Source of the DNA: Octopus bimaculoides
Lineage: Eukaryota
NCBI RefSeq assembly: GCF_001194135.2
Contig: NC_068981.1
Location: 56,316,567 to 56,380,566 of the forward strand
DNA: 64,000 nt
Direction of reading: 5' to 3'
In this document: positions 23,739-36,315 of the stretch, piece by piece
Layout: each line of letters opens with the position of its first letter
How positions within the stretch are numbered: position 1 is the stretch's first letter
Position numbers and translations under genes: made by a program
Notes under the pieces: generated by a model
Databases searched by the model: none
What the model was told of the DNA's origin: nothing
The model's input: only the letters and a program-made list of their open reading frames with translations

Positions 23739-24263
23739 GTACGTTGTTCTTTGACATTTGAAAACTTTGAAAAGGTCATAGCCGCTCCAAGCAGCGAAAA
23801 ACATAGGGGAATCAAACTTGTGTCACTATAAATATTCGCTTCATCTAGTCGATAAATACTGTTAAATGCATACTTTCTAAATACTCTCGATTATATACAC
23901 ACATGTATATGTGTAATAACTTATAGTTGTTCACATTTAAACACATGTACGTGAATATATTTGTGTACAAAGTCTCAGCAAGAATGTACATACACTTTAA
24001 TTTATCGGCGGTCAAGTAGTTTTCTTATTATATGTTGTGAGGTGACGATTACTGTAGATACAGCGGTAAGTTCCATGTGAAACGAAATAATCGATCAGGA
24101 TTCGATACTCGTTTGGTAGCAAAATTTATTTCACTTACGTCACTTATGTCACGAACGTTCTATATAATCATCATATGAACAACATACGATCAAACTTTCC
24201 TATCGGAGAGATGTTTGGCCCTGTAACTAAGTCCGAAGTCAGCATATATATATATATTATGAC

Positions 24264-24334
<71 letters not shown>

Positions 24335-24341
<7 letters not shown>

Positions 24342-25240
24342 CGGTCCAGAAGTCGTTTAAATCACCCCCTTGTTCGGGTTCTTTCTCAAGAGGAACGCAA
24401 CTAACTCGCCTCTTTTTGGAAGACTGGAAATTCTCCTCCTGTGCTTCCATTTGTAGTAGACATCTGCAAGAAATCCGGAACAGGTCTGGCTTATGGTCTT
24501 GTATTGCCATTCATCGCTTCCCGTATTTCACTAGCTGTCATCAACCTTTCGCAGAACGCGACATCTCTACCCGAGAGCGGTAGCAAGCTGTCGTGGTAGG
24601 TTTAAAGTCCCCCTCCATCTTCGCTTCACCGTCCGTCCGAAACAGTTGAATGAAGTGCTATTGAGAAACCTCACTCATCTGCTTGGAATCGAGTAGCAGT
24701 CATCGATCCCGATTTGTCAAAGACCAACTTGTGATTTTACAGCCTCGATGTGCTACCACCAACTGGGTTCATCGAACAGCTTTCTTCCCCTCATTTTTAC
24801 AAACACGCACACCAGCTCTGACAGCAAAATCTTTGTGCTTACCGTAGAAGAATCCGTCAAGGGCCAACCTCACCGCAAGCGCATCAGTCGCAGTGCCTTT
24901 ATTAAGTTTCTCTTGCAAGTTACAAGATAGCCCTCCTATTCTAGAATTCGCCTTCATTATCCTCTCACTAAACCTTATCGATTCCACTCTAATAGCCCAT
25001 TTCGTTGGTTGTTGACGGTTGTTCCTGACAATTCCCTTGTAACTAGCCCTATAATCAGGTTTTTGTAAATTTAGCGCGCAGTGGGAGATGGTGTTGCTGA
25101 TGCTGTGTGATGTAGGAATAACTTTTTGTTCTTTTTTGCCGGAAGACCGTAAAACCTTTTGGTAGTTAGTACTTCTACAAATGTAACATCTGGCCTTCTT
25201 GCCTTCGACCATAACTCCTAGGTCTCCATTCTCTAGGTGA
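24335..25240 (-). mobile_element. Internally deleted Tx1/L1-clade LINE fragment (ORF1 knuckle fused to post-APE ORF2 linker and RT N-terminus)
   Basis: VMVEGKKARCYICRSTN (ORF1 knuckle-like); AIRVESIRFS...LAVRLALD...KH...VRAGVRV.KNEG; LADVYYKW...LLRKNPNKG.DLNDFW; homologous to 52230-54680. Confidence 0.8.
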
Positions 25241-25376
25241 AAGTATTCGGGGACTAATATGATATATTATGAAGTGAGTAAAATCTGCACTTCTCCTTTT
25301 GTGCGGGTTGTTCTCGTATTAATGACCTCCTAGTACTCCACGTAGGTCATTCTAAAGTATTTAATGTTTATTTCAG

Positions 25377-25425
25377 GTCACATCGCTTAATGCGACCTTA
25401 CTTACTTGTTTCCTTGAACAAGAGG
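25377..25425 (+). CDS. Candidate exon (VTSLNATLLTCFLEQE-G)
   Basis: Strong ttaatgtttatttcag|G acceptor and AGG|gtaaga donor; phase 0->1 frame open and compatible with both neighbouring candidates (a second frame is also open). Confidence 0.42.
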
Positions 25426-25535
25426 GTAAGAATATATACTCCACACAGGTGCAATTGCGTGCGGCTACTTTTATTGCCTATTCTTCGTTATGGCAAGATG
25501 CTACCACTGTTGTCTTCCTCTTCAAACATAGCGAA

Positions 25536-25674
25536 TTGAACTCACAAGCCCTTCACGTGCCTCTTTGTTTATGCTAGTGGAGAGCAATTCTTCTACATTT
25601 TCTATTTATCAAAAAAAAAAAAAATGCTCTACACCAGCATAAACAGAGAAGTGCGTGAAAGGCTTGTGGTTCAA
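25536..25674. repeat. Hairpin: ~50-bp arms 25536-25586 / 25625-25674
   Basis: ttgaactcacaagcccttcacgtgcctctttgtttatgctagtggagagca versus reverse complement of tgctctacaccagcataaacagagaagtgcgtgaaaggcttgtggttcaa. Confidence 0.85.
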
Positions 25675-25710
25675 TACGTTATTTTTTCTTCTACATTTTC
25701 TGTTTACAGA

Positions 25711-26000
25711 AGGCACATAGCTCAGCGGTTAGAACATCGGGCTCACAATCATGAGGTAGTGAATTCGATTCCCGGACCGGACTGTGTGTTGTGTTATTGA
25801 GTAAAACACTTTATTTCACGTTGCTCCAGTTCACTCAGCTGTAGAAATGAGTTGCGATGTCACTGGTGTCAAGTCGTATCGGCCTTTGCTTTTCGCTTTG
25901 ATAACATCGGTGGTATTGAGTGGGGAGGTTGGTGTGCATGGGTGACTGGTGGTCTTCCATAAACAACCTTTCCCAGACTTGTGCCTCATGACCGAAGTGG
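25711..26000 (+). mobile_element. tRNA-derived SINE (Val-like head)
   Basis: ggcacatagctcagcggttagaac (A box), ctcacaa loop, gaattcgattccc (B box), followed by ttgagtaaaacactttatttcacgttgctccagttcactcagctgtagaaatgag body. Confidence 0.85.
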
Positions 26001-26780
26001 ATCCTTGTTTTTTTTTCTTTTCTGTTTTGACACCTATAAGCAATAGTTCTAATTCTCTTTTCTACTCCTTTCGATGTACAACTAGCTTCGGCTCCATGTT
26101 GTCAGCCACGTGATTCAATCCAGGTCTGCATTACATTAGCAAATGCATCTTTTTTGTGTTTATGGTAACAGATGAGTTGCTGTTGTTATTAGTGATGTTT
26201 TTTTTCTGTTGTTGCTGTTATTGTTGCTCTTGTTTTTCTCCTCGTTGTTATAGGGGATGACATCAGTCTTGTTAATTTTGTTTTCGCAGTTGGTTTTGTT
26301 GTGGCTGGTGTTATTTGTGTTAATGTTTTTCATGTTAAAGCTTAGGAAGAGACACAGTGGGTGTCTTCATAGGCTTGGCTTCAGCAGTTATTATGTCACA
26401 TTCATTATTAGCAGATGTGGCAGTTGGTTTGTTCAAAGATATAGAAGGAGGGAATATAAATCATTCTCCTAAACTCAGTGCTTTAATTCTACATTCGCCG
26501 TTCTAGAAATGTATCCAAAATAATGCGAAGATTTTTTTGTTTTTGGAAAGACTAAAACAGTCCTTTCCGAGCTTGAAAAGTGAGAGCGACTATTTCAACA
26601 ATTGCTCAGTTACTCGTAGGAAACAAATTTTGACGGCCTAGTTGTAAAAGTTAAGAGAATTTCCGAAGAGGACACTCAGCATAAACTCAGCGTGGATTTC
26701 ACGTGCACTGCCATTTAAAAAACTCCCTCAAAATTGCAGTATCCGTGCATACTGCACGGTTTCACACTTTTATTTTGTAG

Positions 26781-26858
26781 GTCACTATTTTGTTTCATTG
26801 AGTTCATGTTTTTATGACAATGAAGTAGACAACGAATTACGTTTATGGAAAATTAGGA
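26781..26858 (+). CDS. Candidate exon ((G)HYFVSLSSCFYDNEVDNELRLWKIR), possibly WD40-like
   Basis: Strong acttttattttgtag|G acceptor and GGA|gtaagt donor; 78 nt with only the phase 1->1 frame open, matching the phase of the 25377-25425 candidate. LRLWKI resembles a WD40 strand end (inference). Confidence 0.45.
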
Positions 26859-28206
26859 GTAAGTTATAGTGTGTAACAATATCATAAATTCTGGATTTCT
26901 CTAATAGTAAGGTGATCTATTGTTCAATTCTGCTATTCAACTTGAAACTGGAATTAGTCAACCTTCAACTATGCATGACTAAATGTTTAACAAGATTTTC
27001 TGTTGTGTAAATGAGACTTAGGCATCTCTCTATGCAATGGCGATGACAGTAGAAATCTTACATTGTCACCTTATTTCGAACACAAGCTCCTCATTCTTCA
27101 ACATGTCGCATAGCCTTGTGTCACTCAAGTGCAACACTGATGCAAATTCCTTGGGTGAATTACAATGCTGCTATTTTCTGGACGGGTTCTATTTTCACCA
27201 ATAAATTACAGGGGCGATTTCATTACTTATGAGAAAATTGCACCGCTTGATATCAGAGTGTCGTATGAGGAGTAGGTTATAATTATGGCAATTGTATTTT
27301 CTCTGAGTGCATGCGTCTTTGGTTCAAACTCTACCAAGCGTATATTTGTGTAAATTTATGACTTTTTGTATTTACCGTATATGATAAACACTTTGAATTA
27401 TGAGGGGGTTTCTTTTGTAAAGCTTCCTTAACATCATTAATTTCATTGGTCATGAGTTGAATCATCATTTCCTGAGGATACAATGTGTTCTTTCGACTTC
27501 CAAAACAATAAATTCCCCCAAATCGAAAATTTGAAACAAAAGGAAAAAGAATGATACGAAACAAGAAAGATAACTAGATACTGAAATACCTCCATATCCT
27601 ACTATCTTCTCATGAAAGTAAAACTGTTTCTCCTGTCAAAAGTGACGGTGAATGCATTTTCTTTCTAAGTATAATCAATGATAATGACTTGTCAACGGCA
27701 TTAGCACAAATTAAATATTAAATATAAGTCGTATAGTACAGTAATTATATAAAATTTTATAAATAATGAATCAGTAATATTTTACACAGTATAAAACATT
27801 TTGATAATATAAAAATAGCTTCGAATAGTTAAACTTATATGAAATTGAGAAGTGTTATTGAAAATGCTTCCCTTAATTTCTTATGTATTTAATTTTGAAC
27901 TTATCTGTAAGCTTGTACTTTTCTAGTTTTATGGTATATATATANNNNNNNNNNNNNNNNNNNNNNNNNNNNNNNNNNNNNNNNNNNNNNNNNNNNNNNN
28001 NNNNNNNNNNNNNNNNNNNNNNNNNNNNNNNNNNNNNNNNNNNNNNNNNNNNNNNNNNNNNNNNNNNNNNNNNNNNNNNNNNNNNNNNNNNNNNNNNNNN
28101 NNNNNNNNNNNNNNNNNNNNNNNNNNNNNNNNNNNNNNNNNNNNNNNNNNNNNTGTATATATATATATAGATAGATAGATACATGTATATATATTCTTTT
28201 ATTTTT

Positions 28207-28590
28207 TTAACTTGTTTCAGTCATTTGACTGCAGCCATGCTGGACCACCGCCTTAAAGTGTCCTTTAGTCAGAGAATGGTACGGAGACGTAAACACACCA
28301 ACACCAATTGTTAAGCGATGGTGTGTGTGTGCGTGTGTGTGTGTGTGTGTGAAACAAACACAGATACAAGGACACACATACATACATACATACATACATA
28401 ATACATACATATGAATATATATATATTTATGTGTGTATGTCCTTGTATCTGTGTTTGTCCCCCACACACACAACATCGCTTAACAATCGGTGTTGGTGTG
28501 TTTACGTCCCCGTACCATTCTCTGACTAAAAGACTCTTTAAGGCGATGCTCCAGCATGGCGGCAGTCAACTGATTGAAACAAATAAAAAG
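28207..28590. repeat. Head-to-head inverted pair of SINE 3' halves (~190-bp arms) around an (AT)n spacer
   Basis: 28207-~28400 is the reverse complement of ~28420-28590, including the internal (TG)n, acagatacaaggac, catcgcttaacaa..ggtgttggtgtgtttacgtc and the gctccagcatggc tail. Confidence 0.9.
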
Positions 28591-28596
28591 ATAAAA

Positions 28597-28637
<41 letters not shown>

Positions 28638-29014
28638 NNNNNNNNNNNNNNNNNNNNNNNNNNNNNNNNNNNNNNNNNNNNNNNNNNNNNNNNNNNNNNN
28701 NNNNNNNNNNNNNNNNNNNNNNNNNNNNNNNNNNNNNNNNNNNNNNNNNNNNNNNNNNNNNNNNNNNNNNNNNNNNNNNNNNNNNNNNNNNNNNNNNNNN
28801 NNNNNNNNNNNNNNNNNNNNNNNNNNNNNNNNNNNNNNNNNNNNNNNNNNNNNNNNNNNNNNNNNNNNNNNNNNNNNNNNNNNNNNNNNNNNNNNNNNNN
28901 NNNNNNNNNNNNNNNNNNNNNNNNNNNNNNNNNNNNNNNNNNNNNNNNNNNNNNNNNNNNNNNNNNNNNNNNNNNNNNNNNNNNNNNNNNNNNNNNNNNN
29001 NNNATATATATATA

Positions 29015-30187
29015 CAGAGGTTGGTCAAAATAACGGAAACACCGAGCATCATAATTTTGAAGTATCTATAAAACCATCAAAAGCTTGTTTATTTATTTAT
29101 TTTTTTTTATTTATTATTAGTGTTGCTTAGTATGTTTTAGATATCATCGGTAAAAGGTAATTGAAATTCATTAAGATGACAGATCTATTGGAGTTTCAAA
29201 GAGGTTAAATTGTTGGTGCTCGTGTGGCAGGCGCTATCTTAACGAAAACAGCCGAAATGTTTGGTGTATCAAGAACTGGCTCGAAAGTAATGACAGCCTT
29301 TGAGAAAGAGAGGAAAAAGGCCTCGTCGAAACAGAACTCTGGAAGAAAACCAAAACTTTCAGATAGGGACCGGATTTCATAGGAAGGCTGCAATCAGAAA
29401 ACCACTACTTTCAAAAATAAATGATGCAAAGCGTGTAGAGTGGAGTAAAAACCTACAAAATTGGTCCCTACAGCAGTGGAAGAATGTTTTTTTCTCGGAC
29501 GAGTCATCCGTTACCTTATTTTCGACCACCGACCGAGTATACGAGTGGAGATTTGACCCAGACTGCCTTCTTCCAGCTGCTAAACATGGAGGAGGATTTG
29601 TTATGATCTGGGGCGAGTGGGGGGGACTATATCGTGAAAATCCGCCAGCCCAATGGTTTTCTTTCATGGCAGAATTAATAGTGAAGATTATTTAAGCATT
29701 TTATCTGATCAAATTCATTCTACGGTTGCGAGATTGTTTCCGGAGGGAAACATTATTTTTCAGGATAATAATGCACCAATTCACACAGCTAAAGTTGTTA
29801 CTGAATGGCACGCGGAACATTCTAGTGAAGCTGAACATCTTATCTGGCCACAATAGTCTAAAGAACTCAATATTATTGAACATTTATGGTGCATTTTAGA
29901 AAAAAAAGTAAGGAGTTGATATCCTCCACCATCATCACTACAAAAACTGGAGACTGTTTTAGCTGAAGAATGGACAAAAANNNNNNNNNNACCATCATCA
30001 CTACAAAAACTGGAGACTGTTTTAGCTGAAGAATGGACAAAAATTCCTTTGGAAACAATTCAAACTTTGTACGAGTCCATATCTCGTAGAATTCAAGCTG
30101 TAATTGCTGCCAAAGGCGGTGCTACCCCATATTAAAATAAATTTGTTCGAAATTTTAAGGTGTTTCCATTATTTTGTCCAACCCCTG
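29015..30187 (+). mobile_element. Tc1-family DNA transposon with both TIRs, TA target sites and a defective transposase (ATG 29176, stop 30135)
   Basis: TA|cagaggttggtcaaaataacggaaacacc ... ggtgtttccattattttgtccaacccctg|TA. Motifs VFFSDES, KHGGGFVMIWG, IFQDNNAPIH, LNIIEHLW; internal deletions, frameshifts and stops. Confidence 0.95.
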
Positions 30188-30208
30188 TATATATACACAC
30201 AGACACAC

Positions 30209-30322
30209 GACGAATTTCTTTCAGTTTCCATTTACCAAATCCACTCACAAGGCTTTGGTAGAATAGTAGAAGACACTTGCCGAAGGGGCCACGCACTGCG
30301 ACAGAAACCGGAACCACGCCAT
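30209..30322 (-). mobile_element. Partial tRNA-derived SINE (same family as 31147-31302)
   Basis: tttctttcagtttcc..taccaaatccactcacaaggctttggt...agtagaagacacttgcc.aagg.gccacgca...gaaccg.aaccac. Confidence 0.8.
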
Positions 30323-31146
30323 GTGTGCGTATATATATATGTATGTATATATATACATACGTATATATATATAATATATATATGTATGAATATACGTGTA
30401 TATANNNNNNNNNNNNNNNNNNNNNNNNNNNNNNNNNNNNNNNNNNNNNNNNNNNNNNNNNNNNNNNNNNNNNNNNNNNNNNNNNNNNNNNNNNNNNNNN
30501 NNNNNNNNNNNNNNNNNNNNNNNNNNNNNNNNNNNNNNNNNNNNNNNNNNNNNNNNNNNNNNNNNNNNNNNNNNNNNNNNNNNNNNNNNNNNNNNNNNNN
30601 NNNNNNNNNNNNNNNNNNNNNNNNNNNNNNNNNNNNNNNNNNNNNNNNNNNNNNNNNNNNNNNNNNNNNNNNNNNNNNNNNNNNNNNNNNNNNNNNNNNN
30701 NNNNNNNNNNNNNNNNNNNNNNNNNNNNNNNNNNNNNNNNNNNNNNNNNNNNNNNNNNNNNNNNNNNNNNNNNNNNNNNNNNNNNNNNNNNNNNNNNNNN
30801 NNNNNNNNNNNNNNNNNNNNNNNNNNNNNNNNNNNNNNNNNNNNNNNNNNNNNNNNNNNNNNNNNNNNNNNNNNNNNNNNNNNNNNNNNNNNNNNNNNNN
30901 NNNNNNNNNNNNNNNNNNNNNNNNNNNNNNNNNNNNNNNNNNNNNNNNNNNNNNNNNNNNNNNNNNNNNNNNNNNNNNNNNNNNNNNNNNNNNNNNNNNN
31001 NNNNNNNNNNNNNNNNNNNNNNNNNNNNNNNNNNNNNNNNNNNNNNNNNNNNNNNNNNNNNNNNNNNNNNNNNNNNNNNNNNNNNNNNNNNNNNNNNNNN
31101 NNNNNNNNNNNNNNNNNNCGAGAGAGAGAGAGAGAGAGAGAGAATG

Positions 31147-31302
31147 CTTCTTTCAGTTTCCGTCTACCAAATCCACTCAAAAGGTATTGGTCGGCCCGAG
31201 GCTATAGTAGGAGACACTTACCCAAGGTGCCACGTAGTGGCAATGAATCCGGAACCATGTGGCTGGTAAGCAAGCTACTTACTACACAGCCACTCCTGCG
31301 CC
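31147..31302 (-). mobile_element. tRNA-derived SINE head and body
   Basis: ggcgcaggagtggctgtgtagtaagtagcttgcttaccagccacatggttccggattc (A/B boxes)...ccttgggtaagtgtctcctactatagcctcgggccgacc. Confidence 0.9.
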
Positions 31303-31741
31303 TATATATATATATAATACAGAATGGGACAAGAACGCAAAACATCCAGACAGTTAGGCGATACAAGAAAGGGACAAAACATACAAAGATACAGATAGAT
31401 GATACAAAGAAAACATGGACAGGTCATTTCGGAGTTTTCTTTCTTTAGTAGACATCCAGATTATCCTTGCAATTTCGGCTGGTTATTCCCGATATTGCTC
31501 CAATCTGGCCAGCCCCAAGGAAAAACTAAGCTAAGAGCATTAGATTCCTTGGAAGAAAGCAGCGAATGTATACAAAAACAAGGACGGAAAAAAAACGAAC
31601 AATGTTACACAAATACAGTAAGAATAATAATAGGACATAACATATGTCTTTCATCTAAGGGCGAAGTAAATTAAGCTGGCGTGTATGGAAATAAGGCCTT
31701 ACAGCAAGGATACAAGATTTCACAGGCACAGGGAGGAATAA

Positions 31742-31800
<59 letters not shown>

Positions 31801-32644
31801 TGTCTGTCTGTATGTATGTATGTAATTAAGCATGTGTGGATGGATGAATGTACGTATATAATGATTTCGTTTAGCTATAACGGTACTGAAAATCAATTGT
31901 TAGAAGTCCATATACTTATACTTTATATTATTAGTAAAGTCTGTCGCGAAGACTTCATTGAAGCTATAAAGCTTTGAGGAAGCTATAAGAAGTCGCGCAC
32001 ACACTCAGCTTTAGGCGCAACTTTAGTTATAGCAGAAACAACTATAAGCTAATGAAAGTAAATGCGTAATTCCTGTTCTTTCGTCGTTATTAATTTATTA
32101 ATACTTATTCACACACAGACGTAATGCGTGTTTGCTCGAGCGTGAATGTGTGTATATAAATGTGTGTATGTACGTATCTGTTGTATAAATTGTTTATTTA
32201 GAAGATATCATAAAATTAAGAAAAGGGTAAAAGCGGACTTGGAAGGGATTTTCCAAAACCCTCACCTGCATAAAAGTGCAGAAAATTGAAATCGGATCAA
32301 GAACTCAGTTCAACAAGAACTTAGATTCTAGTCTATGACACCCCTGAACGAGCCAGAAGATATTGATGTGGCTTAATGCTATTTGAAATAAATCCAAAAT
32401 GTAAAAGACTCCATATGATGTGTGGTTATAAACTAAGAACTAGTCTCTTAAAGAAAATTCCTATACTTGCTGCTGAGGTGTTTAAGTTTAGGAAGTATAT
32501 TCTACTGGAAGTTTCATACAATATGCACTGAATCACCAATTGTCTACTAAATGTGTACCAGTGTATATATGCGTGTGTATATGTATCTGAAGATGAGTGT
32601 GACAGTACGAGTATGTGAGGATATGCTTGCGAAGATGTATGTGA

Positions 32645-32689
<45 letters not shown>

Positions 32690-34097
32690 TGAATGTGAAT
32701 TCTCACGTGTGCACGATTTGGAAATCTATGCAAGTATACGTTTGAATGCCTCTCGGTAGGTGTATCTATACATACATACATACATACATACATACATGCA
32801 TACATACATACATGCATACATACATACATACATACATACATACATACATGCATGCATACATACATGCATGCATGCATACATACATACATATATATATATT
32901 TATATATATATATANNNNNNNNNNNNNNNNNNNNNNNNNNNNNNNNNNNNNNNNNNNNNNNNNNNNNNNNNNNNNNNNNNNNNNNNNNNNNNNNNNNNNN
33001 NNNNNNNNNNNNNNNNNNNNNNNNNNNNNNNNNNNNNNNNNNNNNNNNNNNNNNNNNNNNNNNNNNNNNNNNNNNNNNNNNNNNNNNNNNNNNNNNNNNN
33101 NNNNNNNNNNNNNNNNNNNNNNNNNNNNNNNNNNNNNNNNNNNNNNNNNNNNNNNNNNNNNNNNNNNNNNNNNNNNNNNNNNNNNNNNNNNNNNNNNNNN
33201 NNNNNNNNNNNNNNNNNNNTATATATATACATATATATATATATACCCACACATTAAGACAAATATATCTTTACCTGTATATATGTATACATCTATAGAA
33301 TTATCTTCTCTTGCTTGCTGTCCTCCTTCTTTCTCTCTCTTTCCCTTTATATATGTCGATATAATTACATATTGTTGTGCCTACGTGGCTGTGTATATTA
33401 CTGTATGCGTATCAGTGTACAGCCTGTGTACAGTATGTTAGTATGTGTATATGTGCATGTGGTAATGCTCTAATGTTCTTTGGCACTTCCCTCGCTCACA
33501 TCGCAAAACATGTGCTTCTCATTTTGAAGTAAAGTTCTTAGGAAAAAGCAAAAAGAAATAGAAAGAAAACAGAGTGATGAAGAGAAAGTAGAGGAAAAAT
33601 GCCATCCTATAAAATAGTTCTACAGAAAACAATTGCAGATGCCGACTGTTCGGTGTTTAAAGCGATCCGACTCAAGAATGGTGAGCGAACACGACTTCGT
33701 GATGTCTTGATGGCTCCCCTTGGCCACACCTCCCGCTGCTAACCAGGGTAGCAGGAATATTGTGTGAAGACCAACTGCGGTTTGTCTCCGGTGGATCGTG
33801 AGTAAACCAAGAGAAAAATCAACGAACAGCTTTCTGAGGATTCAAAAAGGACATTTTCGATAAAGTGTTGAGAAAAAGATATGTTTACACTTAACGAGAT
33901 TACTGAAAATAATGTGAAACGACATGTCACTCTATTGTCGATAGATGGCGCTAGATTCTGGCTGAATGCGACACCTGTCTGTGTATCTATATACGCGCTT
34001 TATATGTATCATTTATGTCTGTATAGGTACATGTACATGTAAATGCATGTATGTATATATATATATATACATACATACATATATACATATACATATA

Positions 34098-34150
<53 letters not shown>

Positions 34151-34513
34151 NNNNNNNNNNNNNNNNNNNNNNNNNNNNNNNNNNNNNNNNNNNNNNNNNN
34201 NNNNNNNNNNNNNNNNNNNNNNNNNNNNNNNNNNNNNNNNNNNNNNNNNNNNNNNNNNNNNNNNNNNNNNNNNNNNNNNNNNNNNNNNNNNNNNNNNNNN
34301 NNNNNNNNNNNNNNNNNNNNNNNNNNNNNNNNNNNNNNNNNNNNNNNNNNNNNNNNNNNNNNNNNNNNNNNNNNNNNNNNNNNNNNNNNNNNNNNNNNNN
34401 NNNNNNNNNNNNNNNNNNNNNNNNNNNNNNNNNNNNNNNNNNNNNNNNNNNNNNNNNNNNNNNNNNNNNNNNNNNNNNNNNNNNNNNNNNNNNNNNNNNN
34501 NNNNNNNNNNNNN

Positions 34514-34567
<54 letters not shown>

Positions 34568-35109
34568 TGCACATGCACATGTGTATGTGTACGTATGTAT
34601 GTATGCCTATATGCAAGTATGTATAAGAAGTGGAAATTTCACCGTCCTTTACTCCAAGTTTCCTATTCTGCTCAGTCAAAAAATCGTATTTGAAACATGA
34701 GCTTCATTGTGAAAAGAAAACAAATTGGCATCACCCCTATTCTGTTTGTATGTAGGAAGAGAAGTATGAATGCGACTGGTTTTTAATCCTATTAGATCTG
34801 GTGAAATATCTGGGCGATAAATATGATCTACTCATTTAGTATTTGCATATGTCCCTTTGCTGCTGTAGATAAATTAGGACAATTGTCGTGATGATGACGC
34901 CTAATGAGGCAGAAACAATTGACAAAATCTGAATATTTATCTCGAGACAGTAAGCTTGAACGTTTCCGTAATAAAAATGTGAACTTTAAATAAGCACTCC
35001 CCAGATTCTCCTTCTGTGTGGATAATTTTGACACATTCTCCAAAGACAAAGGTAATTTTAATAAATCGTGAATTTATGTTGTATGATATTTGATAGACCT
35101 GTATTTGCT

Positions 35110-35145
<36 letters not shown>

Positions 35146-35927
35146 NNNNNNNNNNNNNNNNNNNNNNNNNNNNNNNNNNNNNNNNNNNNNNNNNNNNNNN
35201 NNNNNNNNNNNNNNNNNNNNNNNNNNNNNNNNNNNNNNNNNNNNNNNNNNNNNNNNNNNNNNNNNNNNNNNNNNNNNNNNNNNNNNNNNNNNNNNNNNNN
35301 NNNNNNNNNNNNNNNNNNNNNNNNNNNNNNNNNNNNNNNNNNNNNNNNNNNNNNNNNNNNNNNNNNNNNNNNNNNNNNNNNNNNNNNNNNNNNNNNNNNN
35401 NNNNNNNNNNNNNNNNNNNNNNNNNNNNNNNNNNNNNNNNNNNNNNNNNNNNNNNNNNNNNNNNNNNNNNNNNNNNNNNNNNNNNNNNNNNNNNNNNNNN
35501 NNNNNNNNNNNNNNNNNNNNNNNNNNNNNNNNNNNNNNNNNNNNNNNNNNNNNNNNNNNNNNNNNNNNNNNNNNNNNNNNNNNNNNNNNNNNNNNNNNNN
35601 NNNNNNNNNNNNNNNNNNNNNNNNNNNNNNNNNNNNNNNNNNNNNNNNNNNNNNNNNNNNNNNNNNNNNNNNNNNNNNNNNNNNNNNNNNNNNNNNNNNN
35701 NNNNNNNNNNNNNNNNNNNNNNNNNNNNNNNNNNNNNNNNNNNNNNNNNNNNNNNNNNNNNNNNNNNNNNNNNNNNNNNNNNNNNNNNNNNNNNNNNNNN
35801 NNNNNNNNNNNNNNNNNNNNNNNNNNNNNNNNNNNNNNNNNNNNNNNNNNNNNNNNNNNNNNNNNNNNNNNNNNNNNNNNNNNNNNNNNNNNNNNNNNNN
35901 NNNNNNNNNNNNNNNNNNNNNNNNNNN

Positions 35928-35980
<53 letters not shown>

Positions 35981-36315
35981 AATACTACATACACACCGCT
36001 CTCTCACTCTGTCTCTCACACACACACACGCACACATACATCAAAAATGATGGATGCATATGACAACACAAACCTTGACTCACTCACACTGTGTCTCTTA
36101 CAAACACACACATACATAAATGTGTACAAACATATTTACAAAGACACACGTGTGTATGCGCACGTGTGTGTGTGTTGTGTGAGAGAGAGAGAGAAATAGA
36201 GAGGGGTGAAAGAGAATATTGCTAAGAATGAATGAAATAAGCATGAAATGAAAAAGTCGTATAAATAAAAGCTATTGTACGGAATGTTTAAATTTGTAGA
36301 CTTAGTAAATATTTC

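Noticed and set aside
25711-25785. tRNA-Val gene (and other tRNA-like heads at ~17200, ~31300, ~37690)
   Set aside because: No complete acceptor stem; heads run directly into SINE bodies.
26743-26759. Perfect 7-bp hairpin ccgtgca-tac-tgcacgg
   Set aside because: Too short to be significant in 64 kb; no CTRR end or terminator context.
27000-27560. Possible additional Tc1 remnant (AAIFWTG...)
   Set aside because: Similarity too weak; no DDE motif or TIR could be confirmed.
29926-30040. Tandem duplication inside the Tc1 transposase
   Set aside because: Two copies flank a 10-N gap, the typical signature of unmerged contig overlap.
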